A stretch of DNA of 61,614 nucleotides, counting the filler. It is 11 parts of 11 records of this genome, joined end to end, with 100 filler letters (N's around TTAATTAATTAA, not from the genome) between each part and the next. Parts side by side here need not be neighbours in the genome. Positions count along the whole stretch, not along the records: positions 23,013 to 36,428 come from SRR7504441_4830; positions 36,529 to 43,070 come from SRR7504441_4840; 9 more parts are not named here. One strand, 5' to 3'. The notes under the pieces are model-generated. The model was not told where the DNA came from. It worked only from the letters and a program-made list of their open reading frames with translations, and ran no database searches. Shown piece by piece: positions 24,068 through 37,933 of the stretch. Within the stretch, counting starts at the first letter, position 1. Every line of letters starts with the position of its first letter. The translations under genes were made by a program, and so were the position numbers.

Positions 24068-27000
24068 ATGGCAACGCCCCGGGCCTCGGGCGTGGATGAG
24101 GCCCGTGCGCCCCCTGCGACCAGCTGCGAGCTTCTGCCGGATGCTGCTGCCCACAGCGCAGCGGTCGAGGGGCACAGCGCGCTGGAAGGGACGGTCGAGC
24201 CCGACGGCGAGCTGCAGGGCTGCGCCGGCGAGGGCCCCGAGGCCGCAGCCGGCGACCAGGCCGCGGAGGAGGCAGCTGCAGCAGCAACAGGGCAGGAAGC
24301 AGCTGTGGGCCTGCTGGGTGGCGCCGACAGCCTGGCTGCAGCGTCCGGTGCCCCGGGCGGCGACCAGGCCAGCGCTGCGGCCGAGCAGCCTGCGGGCCCG
24401 GAGAGTAGTCTCGACAATGAGGACCCGGGCCAGGGAGCTGCGCTCAGGTCGTCCAGCAATATGTGCGTCGAGCTCGACAGCCGCGCCGTATCGGAAGATG
24501 CTGGTCGCCGCGGGGGGCTGGCTGCTGCTGAGTGCGGGCAGGTCCCGCGAAAGGCTGCGGGCCGCAGGAGCTCGAGGCGCTCTACGACATTGGTGCGCCG
24601 CGCGCTAGTGACGCGGGCGAGTCCGGATGCAGGCTGGAAAGCGGCGCTGGCTACCAGGATCGCTCTGATCGGTTCGGCCTGCACGCCATTTTTCCCGGGG
24701 CAAGATCTGGAGCCGTCTGCTGTGACAGGCGTCTACTTGGTATGCTACCTGTGGTGCGCCATCTGCAGCCTGTCCGGCTAATGGCACGGCCAGGTTCCAG
24801 TGGCGATACTCAATGCGATACCGCGGTCGAGGACCCGGATGCTTGTGGATGTTCTATTTTCTCATGATCTTCGCCAGTGTGGTAGCTCTGGCTCAGGCTG
24901 GCCTCGGGACCGCTGTGCACCTGGGCCGCGTGAGTGTGCCGTCCGGCTGGTGCGAGACGCTGCTCCAGTACACGGTTTTTCAGACCAACCTGTGGGCTCC
25001 GCAGATATCATACTGGCGAGTTATACTCACACTGTCGCCACATGTCGTCGTGTGCACCGTGTGCATTTGGGTGCTCTGTGCCACGCGGGATGGGACTATG
25101 ACATTTGCTCCGCCCAGCACTCCACCTGGAACTGCCTTTTTCCGGCTGGCGTTGGTTGCTCTTGTTCTGTGCTCACTATTGGCCACTTGTGATCCATCAG
25201 TGTCGACAGCTCCGAGTCTGGTACTGGTGCTATTTGGTATGAATTGGTATGGAGCCTTCCGATTTCCGGTTTGTCGCAGCATTCGATGCGAGATTGGTTG
25301 ACCGGCTTGTGGACAGATCCCGACAGCTTTTTGGATTGCAGTGCAGCTCAGCTGTGCTCTGTGGTTTGTTGCAGCCTTTGTGCTGCAGGCGTCTTGTTTT
25401 GATCCATATCAGACCCCAACTAGCCTGCCGAATGGCACGGACGCAGCATCATTTAGGGATGAGTACCAGAAATTATTCAAGCTGCTAGGGTTCACAAGCT
25501 TCAACAACCTGGGGCAATACTGGGTTGGAATTGTAGCAGCGAGCTCGCATCTGATCCTGGACATCCTGGTGTACTGGGTGACTAGCGACGTGGCACAGCT
25601 CTCCATTGTCTGCTACAGAGAGGTGCCTGCGTGCCCAACTATCAAAACTGACTTTGTTGGTGTGCAGAGGACAAATCCGGAGAATGGTCTGCCCGAATCC
25701 GTCCTGACGCGATTCATGAGAGGTTTCATCCGAATACCAGCCTGTTCTTTACGCTGGGCCTGTGGCTTGCAGTCCTACGAGAGTCGCTACACACCTCTGA
25801 GCCAAGCACGAGTCCTGCAGAGAGTCTCTCACACAGGGATTCGCTGACCCCAAGGAACGGTATGTGTGGGAGCAGCTCGATGATTAAGCTGCGCTGCCTG
25901 TGACAGACTCAGGCCCTCGATCCGGCGTGGGTATAGGCAGTGGGAGCTTGTCTCTGGGGGGGGCGCCTGCTGAAGGCTCCCTCACGTCTGAGCCAATTGA
26001 GCTTCAGATGGTCAATGTTCAAGATGACGATGATCACTCAGAACGCTCAGATGATGGTCAACTGCAACAAGACGGTGACCTTGATGAAAAAGTCAAACCG
26101 TGTGATGATGACGAATGGGTTTACAGAATTTGGCGGTGTGGCTTGCGCTTGCTTTGTCTCACAATCTGGTGTGCGCACCAGGTTCAACTCCAGCAACTTA
26201 TTAAGCTTTGGATGTGGACTTTGGTCACTTGTTTGTCCTTCTGCGATTGCGTTTGCCCTGCTTCTTCTTGGCTTTGCAGTCATTCTGGCACCAGTCAATA
26301 TTTCTGCCAGGCGTGTGCTTCTGGCCCAAACCATTTTGCTGCCTTGAGCGCTTGTTGGTCAGGTTCTCGGTGTTCATCTCCTGGTTTGCTTCACTTTACT
26401 TGGTTATCCAGTACGTTTCCAATGTACTATATTGGACAGGTCTGATAATAACTGCTAAATAGCTTCGGGGCGCTTACTTTGGCTCCAGGTTACTGGTCTC
26501 CCGAGGAGTTGTACGAGGAGATCGGTTTCGTTAAGCATGACATTCCGTGGTTTCCTCTCAACGTACAAATCGCCATCCAAGCAATGCTCATGTTTCCATA
26601 CGTGCAGAGATCGCATAATATCAATGCTCATTTTGAGGCTGACCAGCGGGCTTGGAATGATGCAGAGCACTTCCCCCCTTTTATTGACAGATTTATCAGG
26701 CTGTTCTCTGTCGCGTACGTGCTCACCCTCTTCGCTGCATACATAGGTGGTGTTGTTCTCGCCCCTACCGTGTTGCACTTCGGCTACTTGGTGCTAGCTG
26801 TGGTATTCATATCTTTCACCCAGATCGTGGAACGGTATTGGATTGTAATTATTATTTACTTCCAGATCGTTATTTTCACATTGTACGGAATCCAATTCAC
26901 CAACATAGACACAGACGAGGAATACACCAAAATCATTGGTCTTGTCTCATTTGACCTTTCATGGCATTCAGATAAATATACTCGGTCGATCTGGGAACTG

Positions 27001-30000
27001 ATCTTCTCGATCACTGTACTGACTGTTGCTGCTGTGCAATACCACTTCTACAGGACTGGGATGAAGGAGGTGCATGACGAGGTTAGCGCAAAGAATGCAG
27101 TCGAGGGTTGGAATTGGCATACTTTCTGGAATTCCAACTTTCGAATCACATTAGCGTATCTTGCATTACTTCTCTGGTTGTTGGTCGCGGCGCTGACACA
27201 GACGGGAAATTATCTTTCTCTTGGTCTTCTTCTCTTTTTCTTTGTCGCTGTCCATGCGCTCGACAACAGCACCCTTGAAAATCGATTGTTTGGTCGATTT
27301 CTGAACGTTGTGCTCAGTGTGCTCCTGGTTTACGTTGGTGCAGACATATGTGGGCTTTTTGCTTCTGTCCTTAAGTGGGAGGTTAAATCGCCCCTAGTTA
27401 TAGATGGATACTAGCGCCCAATGCATGAGACAGCTGCATCTTTAGTGATCGCATCCCGCTGAAATCGTCGTTTAGGTGCCTTACGCGATGGAAGAGATCT
27501 TTGGCACCCCAGAGCATGGCTCCAGTAGATGGTACTTTGACATAACCTCCTTGTCGTTTTTGTTTGCACTGTCAGTGTTTCGACGTCAAGCATTCAGGAC
27601 TCATGAGGAGTCTGCACTCTTGCTCAGCCAAAATGGCCATGATGGCGTTGATAATCGCACCATCGAAACCCAGAGTGTGGATGCAAAGGACAATCATGAC
27701 GTAGAGCATCTGCCTCCGAATGGCAACCCAAGGGAGGGTGTACTTCCTCATGAAGATGCGAGTCGTGATAACTCCTTGTCTGAAGGTTCTAGCGTGCCAA
27801 TGGTTTCTGCGTATCCAGGAAGCGAATGTCAGTGGTTCCGTACGGTGACGAAGGAGGAGAGAGGTATCCATGAACTCGATAAAGCTGCTCCAGGAGAGGC
27901 GATGTCAAGTCATAGCACTGGTTCTGAAGCAGGCTCTGCATCTGACCTGGGCTCAGGGGCGGGTGCTGTGGTCCAAGAACCGAGCGTGTATGGCGACAAC
28001 ATTCATATGATGGCTGAAGAGTTGACAGCAAAGCATGAAAAGCAGGCCGAAATGAGAAGGGCAGAGTACAGGGGTAAGATAAAGCAGGCGTTCGCTCAGA
28101 TCAAAGGATTCTGTATACGAGCTGTTGCCTTATATAGCCGTGGTTTCTTTTCTCTCTATGTGTTTGTTGTCGCTTTGTATTATGGAAGCGTCATCACCCA
28201 GATTTTTGGAACTTATGCTGTTCTAGATTTGATTTTGCATTCCAATTTCTCTACAGACTCAGAAATTGCTCCAGAAACGATACCCAGAAGAGTGAGTAAC
28301 TATAGAGGCGGCACTGCCCAGAGTCAGCAACTTGTTGCTGATACCGATCATACTACAGATATCAATGAGCCTGGAGCTTGGGCGAACTGGATGTATCATG
28401 AAGTGCGGGTACGTAAGTCACCGAATGCAAGCAGATTCATCACACGCCAAGGGAATTGGCTACCTCTGATGCCTCTCCTGATAGCTGTCGAGATCTATGT
28501 CCTGTCGCTGTACTTGTACCAGTATGATTATACCCGGGATGTCACGCCAATGTGGAAGTTTTCGCAATATATCTCTGAGGACGACACTGACACGGCAAGG
28601 CAGAATGCCCTTGACTGGTTCGGCTGGCGTAAATTTGACGAAAGCTCGAATAATTATGGATCGGTCTTTGAAGAGCTGCTGCCCTTTGTGTTCATTCTGA
28701 TTCTGGGCGTGCTTGCTAACATTGCGCCGCTTTGGGGTTTGCAATATGCCATCAAACATCCAAAGTATGAACGCCGCGATGGCATTGCAGTGTGTTGGCT
28801 GTTTTCGCGCGAAAGAGATGAAATCGCTGACCACCAAACCACCCTGAAGCACCGGGTCTATCGAGCACTAGAAGCAATTTTCGAGTCACACGGACGCTCA
28901 GTGGTTTGCTTCGTCTTGATGTTCGCTGCGACTGCCTCCGGGTGTGTTGCTTCGATCCCATATGTCTTGCTCACTGGATGGGTGTCGCTTTGTCCTATTG
29001 GAACAGTGGTACGCTGGCTGATCTGCGTCATGTGGCTGATTTGTTTGTACGTCCTGTTTCAATTTTGGATGTTGATAGTTCTCGACTATCCTAAATTGGG
29101 GGATTTGCCGTGGTCCGACTTGAGCTCAGACTATCAGGAGTGGCTTGGACTAACGCTTGAAAACAAGTACCTGCTCATTCTGGACATTGTCGCCCTCCAA
29201 ATTTGTGGTGTATGGTGTGCTGCCGACCCACTCTGACATTTAATGGCATATGCTGGCAGGCATCGGACCCTTTGCTCAATGGGCGAGGACAAGTTGAATG
29301 ACTGGCTTGCTAAAGCAGACAGTGCCAGACTCCTTATCTTGGCAAATCCAGAGGATAAGTTTCACTTCACTTATCTGCGGGTGTCTCGCACAGCGCGCAA
29401 GCACTTCTTTATGGATAGTGTTTGGTCAACTCTGTGGGACCAGATGATAAAGCAGGTTCATAAGAAGAGCAGTGGCCTGCGTGATTCGACGAAGTCCGAT
29501 GAGGGGTCCAGTAATCGCACCATGACGCTAGGTCAATGGCAACAGGAGTTCTATCAGGTTCCACTCCGTCTGAGATGCCTGGCTTTGTTGTCATCATACC
29601 ACCGCTTCCCCTTGATTTGGGCCTAACAGTGCCTTGTGTTAGGCTGCAATGCACTGCAAGTTGTTTCAACGCTGGGAGCTGGTGCCTCCAAACGTGGAGA
29701 CGTTCCGCATGAATTTCAAGGACTTCATGCACCACCTGCAAACCGTGAATGAGGGGTTGCTTGCATACCGCTATCACTGGAATTTGCCTGATAGTCACCC
29801 ACTGTGCGAATGGCACGATGAGATGCTTGAAAAACACACCGATGACTGTCCGGGATGCTTGTGGTGCTCGCTACGTGATGTGCAAGAGACTGAAAAGTCG
29901 ATTAAAGAGTATGTGGCTCGCGTCCGTCCAGAGCTCTCAAATGATCACGCGCTAGACCAGGTTCGGCTCTGTAAGCAGTCCCATGGTATGTTTCTTTGGC

Positions 30001-33000
30001 TGTTTTATCAGAGGCATTACATGATTCCAGCAAAGGTCAACGACTTCAGGCCACCAGATTACCGTCTTCGATATCATGTTGCTTTCAACTTACCTCGGAC
30101 GGGCCTGTTCGTCATCTTCATGCTCGCAATCGTGGATTCCTCGTGCCTCAATTTCGCCTACCTGCTTTTTCTGGCGTACTATGCCTGCAGGTCAAGATAT
30201 CTCAGCTGGTGTCCTGATCCCTGGTGAGGCCCTGCCCCGCCAGTTGGTGTGGCCCTCTGATTAGCCCTTAGGTTGCTCTCCTTTCGTCTTTTAAACATGA
30301 TCGGCTGTATCTGTATCTTTTTGGACAATGCACCCTTCACGCCGCACAACAGCGACCAGAACAACTGGGCTGGCAACCTCATTCTTGATAAAACTGGCGA
30401 TTGGTGGATTCATCCGTTCGTGTTTGGTATCTTGAACATCATTTCAGAGGTTTATCTCTGGCCGAAGTACATTGATACGGTGATGATGAGATTCATCAAA
30501 GAGCACGTTAGCAATGAATCCTTTAGAAGACTGATGACCAATGAGGTACACACCCAAGCGCACAAAGTTCTTGAGCCATTTTTGATCCCCGTGCTGCAGA
30601 TAGATGAATGGAGAAGAGCAGAGATCAAGGAGGCCAACGACAACGCCAAGTTACAGAAGTACCTTATGGAAGTGGGGGGCGTTTTTCACGGTTAATAATG
30701 ACTGGCGCTCAACTAACTGATTGGTGTCCCAGGCTGGGAAGTTGCGAACAAGGCTCAGAAAAATGCTGAGGTCTGTTCAACACAAGAATACCTAAATGCA
30801 ATCGGCTCTACACAAAAACATGTATGCTCCATGTCTGCTAAGTCTCAAATCTGGTCTAGGACTGTGCTTGTGCTATTGGCTCAGTACCTGAGTCTGTTCT
30901 CTCGCCCCATCGCTTGTAATAAGGATCAAGACAGGCTTGCCCTGAGTTTTGTCGTTTTGTCGAAGGTGCTTGAGCGCATCGCGTCTGGGACAACGCAGAG
31001 GCTCCGGCACAGCGAAAGTCAGAGGCTCGTAGAGGAGATCAAGGCATCCCAACAGGTAAGGAATGCAACGGAGGCCTTTGCCAACCGGCTGCATGAAAGC
31101 ATGCTCGGCTCCTCATTTGCTGGATCCTTGGATTCTGCATCAGACTGCCTTGCCTACGCTGTGAAGTTGAAGAATCGCCTTGAAAAGAGGAGTTTTGTTT
31201 TTTCTGGAGCACCGGTATCTCCTAGGAAAGCCAGACTACCTCCGGTATCTCCTAGGAAATCAAACGTCCAAGAAGAAGCAACAAGCAAAGAAGACAGCTT
31301 CTGCGAGCAGACGCTGCAATTCTTGAGCAGGCTCTGTCACCTCTTGGGAAGGGTGTTCCTAAAGTGCTTCTATTTTCTCGGAGGGAACTCAAAGGATTCA
31401 CCCCAGCTAGATAAGTTCACGGTCAACGAAGATCAGGTTGACGATGAACTCTTCGCGCTGCAATTTTTGTCTGGTTTCAATGCATTGGTGCCCGGACAGC
31501 CCATGATCAATAAGATGACCAACCTGCCAGCTCATGATCAGTTTACAATAATGTTGAATTCATGGGCTCACTCGAATGTGGACATCGAAAAGATAGTTGC
31601 TGCCACTATACGCCGAAGAGTGACTGGCGAAGAAAATCACCAACTTGGATCGGAGTTCTGCGATAATATCGAGCGTCATGAACTTCAGGGCAACAACGAG
31701 CGCTTGTGCAAGGAGTGTCAAACCATGCAATTGCTGTTCAGGCCAAAGAAGGAAGGTGTAAATGGGAGGGAGGGCGGATCAGAGTGTCAGGCTTGTGGCC
31801 TGTATCTTGATTTCCAGAGGGCTTTCGTTGGGTATAGCAGCACAAGGCGGCGACGCGGTCCAGCCGGGCGAGTTCCGTCAATGACAGGCAGTAAAGACTT
31901 CAAAATGCATCTGGAAGCAACGCTTGCCCCCAGAGCTTGGGAGCCACTGTGGTATCGCTTAGGAATCCAATGGGATCATCTGCGAGCGCTGGTATGCTGC
32001 CAAAGTCAGCCAGCTAATGATCTCTGTCGTTAGGTGCGTAACAAAGTGTTAGCCTCGAGCAACATGCCTCAAGATACTCTAGCTACGAGCATATCTTGGA
32101 AGTGTAACAAGGTCATCGAGGTTGTCTGGGATCGCATGGAATTGCAATGTGCTGCTCTTGTTCAGAAGCTGCGTGATTTGCGCGTACGCGAGGAGGAAGC
32201 CGGGTTTAACTCGCCGCATGTCGATGCTTGTAGTCTTAATGTGAGTCATACAGTCCAAGAGCGCTCAGAAGATGAAGATGCCGACGAGTCACTGGGTAGT
32301 GCCCAGTCCGATTGGAGATATTCTCACCAATCGGACAACTGCATGTGTCTTTCCTGCCTATTGTGTCGTAATGTGCGATCTGTTATCTACACACTTCCAG
32401 AAAATCAGAGCAACGCCAGGTGCACCAAGTTTCTGTCTCATCTGGAGATTTTGGAACATCCAACCGCTGGGATGCCGTCAGGCATTTTTCTAGCGCAGCG
32501 CTTGGAGCGTAGGCAGAAGATAATATCTGATTTTGAAAGTGACACCAAGGCCCGTCATCTTGCTGTTCGGCGTACCCTTCTTCAGGAAATCGAGAAATTC
32601 ATCAAGGCTGTGATTGATGCTGGGAAAAGTCCTCTGGAGGTGCCTTACAAAGACGTAGACGACTTGGTATGCCCAAACAGCAAATAAATCATGACAGAGT
32701 GTGTGTTTGCCATGCAGCTTGAAAGCATTCTACACCTAGCAACCATTATCATGAGCATCGAGCTTCTCAGACTCCAGGTATCTTCTGCGCAAAGCAGTTA
32801 TTGAGATTGTATTTTGGTCAGTATTTCAAAGTTGGCTCCTCTGCATTAGAGTCTCGTGAACTGCTCGAGGCTGTGGAGCGACTGCAGCAGGTTTGCGGCA
32901 CCACTAGCTAGGTACTAAAACCGTGTGCAGCTCGAAGGAATATGGTCAGGACAAGCAGACGATGATAGTCACACAAGGTCTCGGCATGACGAGACAAGCG

Positions 33001-36000
33001 ACATCGTAAAAGCCGACATGGACTTGTTTTACTATGCAGGCAGTGAATACCTCCATGATCTCAGAACCTCTTTGCTGGAGCACATTCCGTCAGCAATGCG
33101 CGTATGGACAGTGCGCCTTCTAATCTGGCTAGAGATGGCATCCAAAGATACGAGAGTCGTCCGGTATTCCACAAGTCACAGTGAAGAGCAAAAGAAACTT
33201 TCAAGTGTGTTGGATTACGGTAAGGATATGCTCTCAATAAGTTTCCAAGTGGCAAAAGCTGGCCTTAAAGCTATGCAGAACCAAGCAGATACTGTCACAT
33301 TCATACTTTGCTTTGTGGCCCATGCATACTCTGGCTCTCTGACTTCGATGGTTTATCCGCTAACTGCAATTTGCTATGGAGCTATGGTTCGCCCACGGCC
33401 ATCAAAGTACTATTGGCAGTTCGTTGTCTTCTACTCGTTGTCTCTCATATGCCTGAAATTTTGTTTCACCGTCCGAATATGGTGTAAGAGTGACGACGAT
33501 TTCTCTCTGGCACTACATAATAGCTGCAGCAGTGAATCGACAAACTCTGTTCCGTCCTATTACGAAGTCACGTATCTTTTAGGTATCTTTCCCGGAAGCC
33601 GCGGGTGGTTTTTCGCGGAGATTGCTCTGGAATTCTTTATATGCTTGTTTGCACACATGAAACAGACGCATCTTGTTGCCATCGGACAGTGGCGTGCTAA
33701 TCAAAGGAAATACCTCAATGATCTGGCGGCTAGCATGCCAAAGTGTGGCCTCAGTTATAAGACACGCCGAAATTACGTGCTATACGAGAATTGCGAGGAC
33801 TACACTAGAATCGTGACTCCAGAACGAGTGCGGGCCGCTGTTGTAATTCAACGCCGCTGGAGAAAAGTGCGACGTTGGAGAGCCTATGTAAAATCAAAGC
33901 AGCAAAAGGACCTATCAGGATTAGACGCATATCTAGCCCAGCAGCGTGAGGATGAAGATGAAGTGGGCAAGGCATACAATGCCAGATACTATGCGGAAGA
34001 TTACTACGTTCAAATCTTGGGGTGGTCAATGATCGGGTTTCTCTGGATGCTCATCTTTTACCCCACAGTGAATCCCGATTGGTTTGACTATTATTCATCT
34101 GGAGCTGTGACTGATGTCAGAACTGTTTTCAGTATGGACACCATCGAGATCTCATACCTTGGATGTTTGATGGCTTTGTTTGTCTCAATGGTGATCGATC
34201 GTGTGATTTATCTCTTGAGAGCCAGATTTGCGAAACAGATATATCAATGGTTTTGTGTTCTATTGCTCCACCTATGCATGTTCGTCACCTTCAAGATGCA
34301 GGCGACCTCTCCGTATTACCGCTGCATCCTGGTTTCTATATTCTACTTCATCGAATGCATGTATTTGTATTATTCGTCGCTGCAAATCCGAGCTGGCTAC
34401 CCATCAAACACCCAACAAGATCATCTGTTGTCAAGGGACGAGGTCCATCGTGATCTACCTAGCGACTATACGCGCAAAGATCTCATCCACTCCATTGAGC
34501 TTCGTCCAAGTCTGTTGACTAATATATCATATTTGGGGTTCAGGGCTATTCCATTCTTATTTGAGATGAAGTGCATATTGGACTGGTGGTTCATTCCTAC
34601 CACGTTGGATCTGATTGAGTACATCAAGTTGCAAGATTTGCACGGCACTGTCTTTTCAGTTGCGTACACACGCACAATCGAAGAGAAGGACAACCGCTAT
34701 GTGGGAGAAAGGCAGGTTAGATGGTACAAGTACTTAGCCGGTGGCTTGGTCTTTGTACTTCTCGTTGCCCTCATATGGTAACTTAGACAATTGTAGGCAG
34801 CACATGAAACCAGTGTTTTGCAGGGGACCTCTTCTGATTTTCAGCAGTATTTCGCCTTTCCTAAAAGAGAACGGGGCGAACTCTATTAGTTTCGAGGTGA
34901 GCTTGGTTGGTGCTGCATCAGAGACTGTTATTTTCACATCGTCAAGCCGCCAGTATGCAAGCCCGAGCGATGGCCAGTACAATGCGTATAGCAGGTGGCT
35001 TAGTAATAATCCTGGACGCTGCATAACTGAGATATTTTGCAAGGAATACCATAGATATTGCGACGCCAAGGCAAGTGGACCAACTTTGGGCCTTCGAGCG
35101 GACCTCGTCAACAATGCTTTTGGTGGGGCTCCCCATGTGACATCTCTTTCACCCCTTGCAGGTGCCTGCAAGCTATCTGGAATCGTGGCTTTCGACTTGG
35201 ACCAGCCAAGAAGTGTCAATAGAATATGTAGTCACGCGCAGCGAGCCTCCTAGTCACGAGGTACGACACCGATTCTCAAATGGCACGCTTGCTCTTCGGC
35301 CGAGGCCTAGTTTTTGACAACTATTTTTTGATCAACGCACTCTTGAGAGTTGCCTGCATGCAGGTTGTCACTAGGACAAACACATACCCTCTCGATAGTA
35401 GCACAGTGACCAATGCCAAAACCGCGATCGGTGCAGTCATCGAGAGTTACAACTTGCGCCAATCGAACACGCAGCAATTCAGCCTTGGCAACGTGTGGAC
35501 CGATGCTCTCTCGTGCGGCCAGACTGGCTGCAGCGACACAAACACATACTTACATGGTTTAACAGCTGAAGTAGAAACCAGTGGATATGAGGTCACACTC
35601 CTGACCTGGCCCCAGTGGATTAACCAGTCTATTGACAGATCTGGTTTCGCTTGTGCATAGAAGCTTACTGTGCCTCCTCAACAACCCAGGGCGAAAGCCA
35701 GGGCCTTGAACTGTTTTTGAAGAATGACGGGGTGCCAATCTTAGCGAATCTGCTCTCAAGTTGGGAATGCAGGTGGTCACTGGCATTTTTGCAAGCGATA
35801 GTTTCTCCTTGACTGCTATCTACCTGACAGTCGTACTGGTAGTTGCAAACATTATTCGTCAAATGCTCAAGGTATCTAGATTGACAGAGGTATGATAATT
35901 GATGGAATTTGCGTCAGGGTGTGGCTCTAAAAATCATGTATCACGATATGGAGGATACGCGGGTTCCTGTATTCCTGTGCTCAACAATTGCCAAGGCACG

Positions 36001-36281
36001 GCAAGCCAATAATCACTACATCGAGCATGAGCTTTACCTGTACTTGATACAGCTGTTCAGGCGACCAATTCTCATATCTAGAGTCGATTCATGCGTGTTG
36101 CAGGCGTCCTGAAATGTTGTACGAGTACACCACTAAGTTCGAAGACCGTCGAAATGGCCCTTGGTGCTGTAAGGCCCTCGAATACGATAAAGCTTCAGAC
36201 CCTGATCACCCTGAACACGAAACATGGAAGATGCACAAACTTGCGACTGAGCATCATGTCGGGATACGTGAGCCTCAATAA
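24068..36281 (+). CDS. PIEZO: PIEZO-family mechanosensitive ion channel, multi-exon
   Basis: Many TM-rich exons. Hallmarks PRPSKYYW, SMVIDRVIYL, LQIRAGYP, anchor PFLFEMKCILDW, outer helix KYLAGG...IW|GPLLIFS, and CTD IMYHDM...ELYLYLIQLFR|RPEMLYEYT (intron 36061-36103), with stop at 36279-36281. The 5' boundary is less certain. Confidence 0.92.
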
Positions 36282-36390
36282 TCACTTAACGTTATCTTCT
36301 TAAATAACAACTAATTGCAAGGAGTCACTCAGATGAACACATGTACACCTTATAAATGTACACCTAATCAGGTAGAGGCGTGTCGAGTCA

Positions 36391-36428
36391 TAACCCTAGC
36401 GCTAACCCTAACCCTAACCTCAACCCTA
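36391..36428. repeat. Degenerate telomere-type (CCCTAA)n tract at contig end
   Basis: taaccctagcgctaaccctaaccctaacctcaacccta runs into the spacer. Confidence 0.8.
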
Positions 36429-36528
36429 NNNNNNNNNNNNNNNNNNNNNNNNNNNNNNNNNNNNNNNNNNNNTTAATTAATTAANNNNNNNNNNNNNNNN
36501 NNNNNNNNNNNNNNNNNNNNNNNNNNNN

Positions 36529-37658
36529 ACCCCTGAGATTGGAGCAAGGTTCTCGCTCAGACTGATGCACCCCGGGCGGCCGTCCGGGAAGTACCGTGTT
36601 GAAGCAGCGGTCGGCTATCCGCCACAGCTCGGCCAGGCGCCGACTGCCACAGCGACCGCGGTCGAGCCAAAGTTGGAAGCAGCCGTCAGCACTGGTCAAG
36701 CCTCTGATGGGATCCCTGGCAGTGCCGGTGTAATTGCTGGAACTCATGGTCGTTGCGAATCAGCAATGGAGCTGTACTTGTACCTGTGTGGTCCACTCCA
36801 AGACTCATAGCCGCAATCATTATTGCAAAGAGGTCATTCGGACTTAGGAATTCGCTTGCGCAATAGGGGCCATCAGGCGAGCAGCTGCCATGGCAGTTGT
36901 GGCAACTGCATGGAGCGAGAAGGCAGAGGCGGCACGCTGCGGCTCTGAGCCTGCAGAGCCACACCGAGAGGCACTTTTGTCCCGACTGCAGTGGGGACAT
37001 TGCCCCACAATGCATAGCTGCGTGCATGGCTCGCAGCGTTGCTTCACCTTTCACCACCAAGTCAGCACGATTTCAGGAGGTCTTTCATCGCGCACCCAGG
37101 AGCACTTCTTTGAGACAATTCGAGCACTATTCAAGCAGCTGTCCGTGCGCCAAATGTCATCCTGTTTAATTCAGAAGACAAAGGGCTCTGCACTCCCTGA
37201 TCTCTCAGCAGGAGGTAGCTCAAGCCGTGTCTACACGCCGCGAAATTTGTGGGTTGCAGGTGGCGGCTGGCGCTCCGCAATCGCCGCTCACAGCCGCAGA
37301 AGTTCTGTCGTCTCGAGAAGCGGAGCTGTATTTCCACTTCCTTCGCGGGAGGAGCGCCGAAGGCTACTTTCATGGTTATTGTATTGCGCGCATCTCCATT
37401 ATCCAGCTCGTTCCGTACAGGCAAGAGACGCTGGCTAAACAATATAATCACCGCTGCATGGCGGCACAGGCAGCAGCATTGAGAGGCGCGCAAGAGGTGG
37501 AAGCCAAAAGGCGAGATTCTCTACCGGCGGCTGAGGTGCCAAACCTGCCGAATTATTATCATGGCGTCTCATCGTGGTGGTGTAATCAGGTTTCAGGCTC
37601 AACAGAGACTTTGATACAGATTTTGAGGAGGATACATGGTACGAGTAGTGCAGACTAA
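36529..37658 (+). CDS. 3' part of an intron-rich hypothetical gene
   Basis: Short protein-like segments (GDIAPQCIAAC...RQFEHY; EVLSSREAELYFHFL; TETLIQILRRIHGTSSAD*) separated by intron-like stretches. Exon structure not resolved. Confidence 0.4.
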
Positions 37659-37933
37659 CAAAGTCGATCGCAACTTGCGTATGATTCGGTGCTCTATCGG
37701 TGCTAAGACAAGACTAGAAGAATTAAACGCGTGTCAAAGATTCTTTTAGGTGGTACTGGGTGGGAATGGTAGGGGAATGGGTGGGGATATAGTTAGGATA
37801 TAGTGGGGATAGATGATCGTTATAATTACATGTTGAGCTCAAGACTACAGTCATAGTACATGATTGTACGGACATAGGGAAAATAGGCCTTTAGATATCA
37901 ATAAACGACGACTTTAACGCTCTCTGATTATCT

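Noticed and set aside
24068-36281. Fragmented ORFs suggesting pseudogenes or stop-codon reassignment
   Set aside because: In the junctions I examined, stops and frame changes fall within ~40-nt GT/GC-AG segments whose removal restores conserved motifs. Long intronless ORFs read normally in the standard code.
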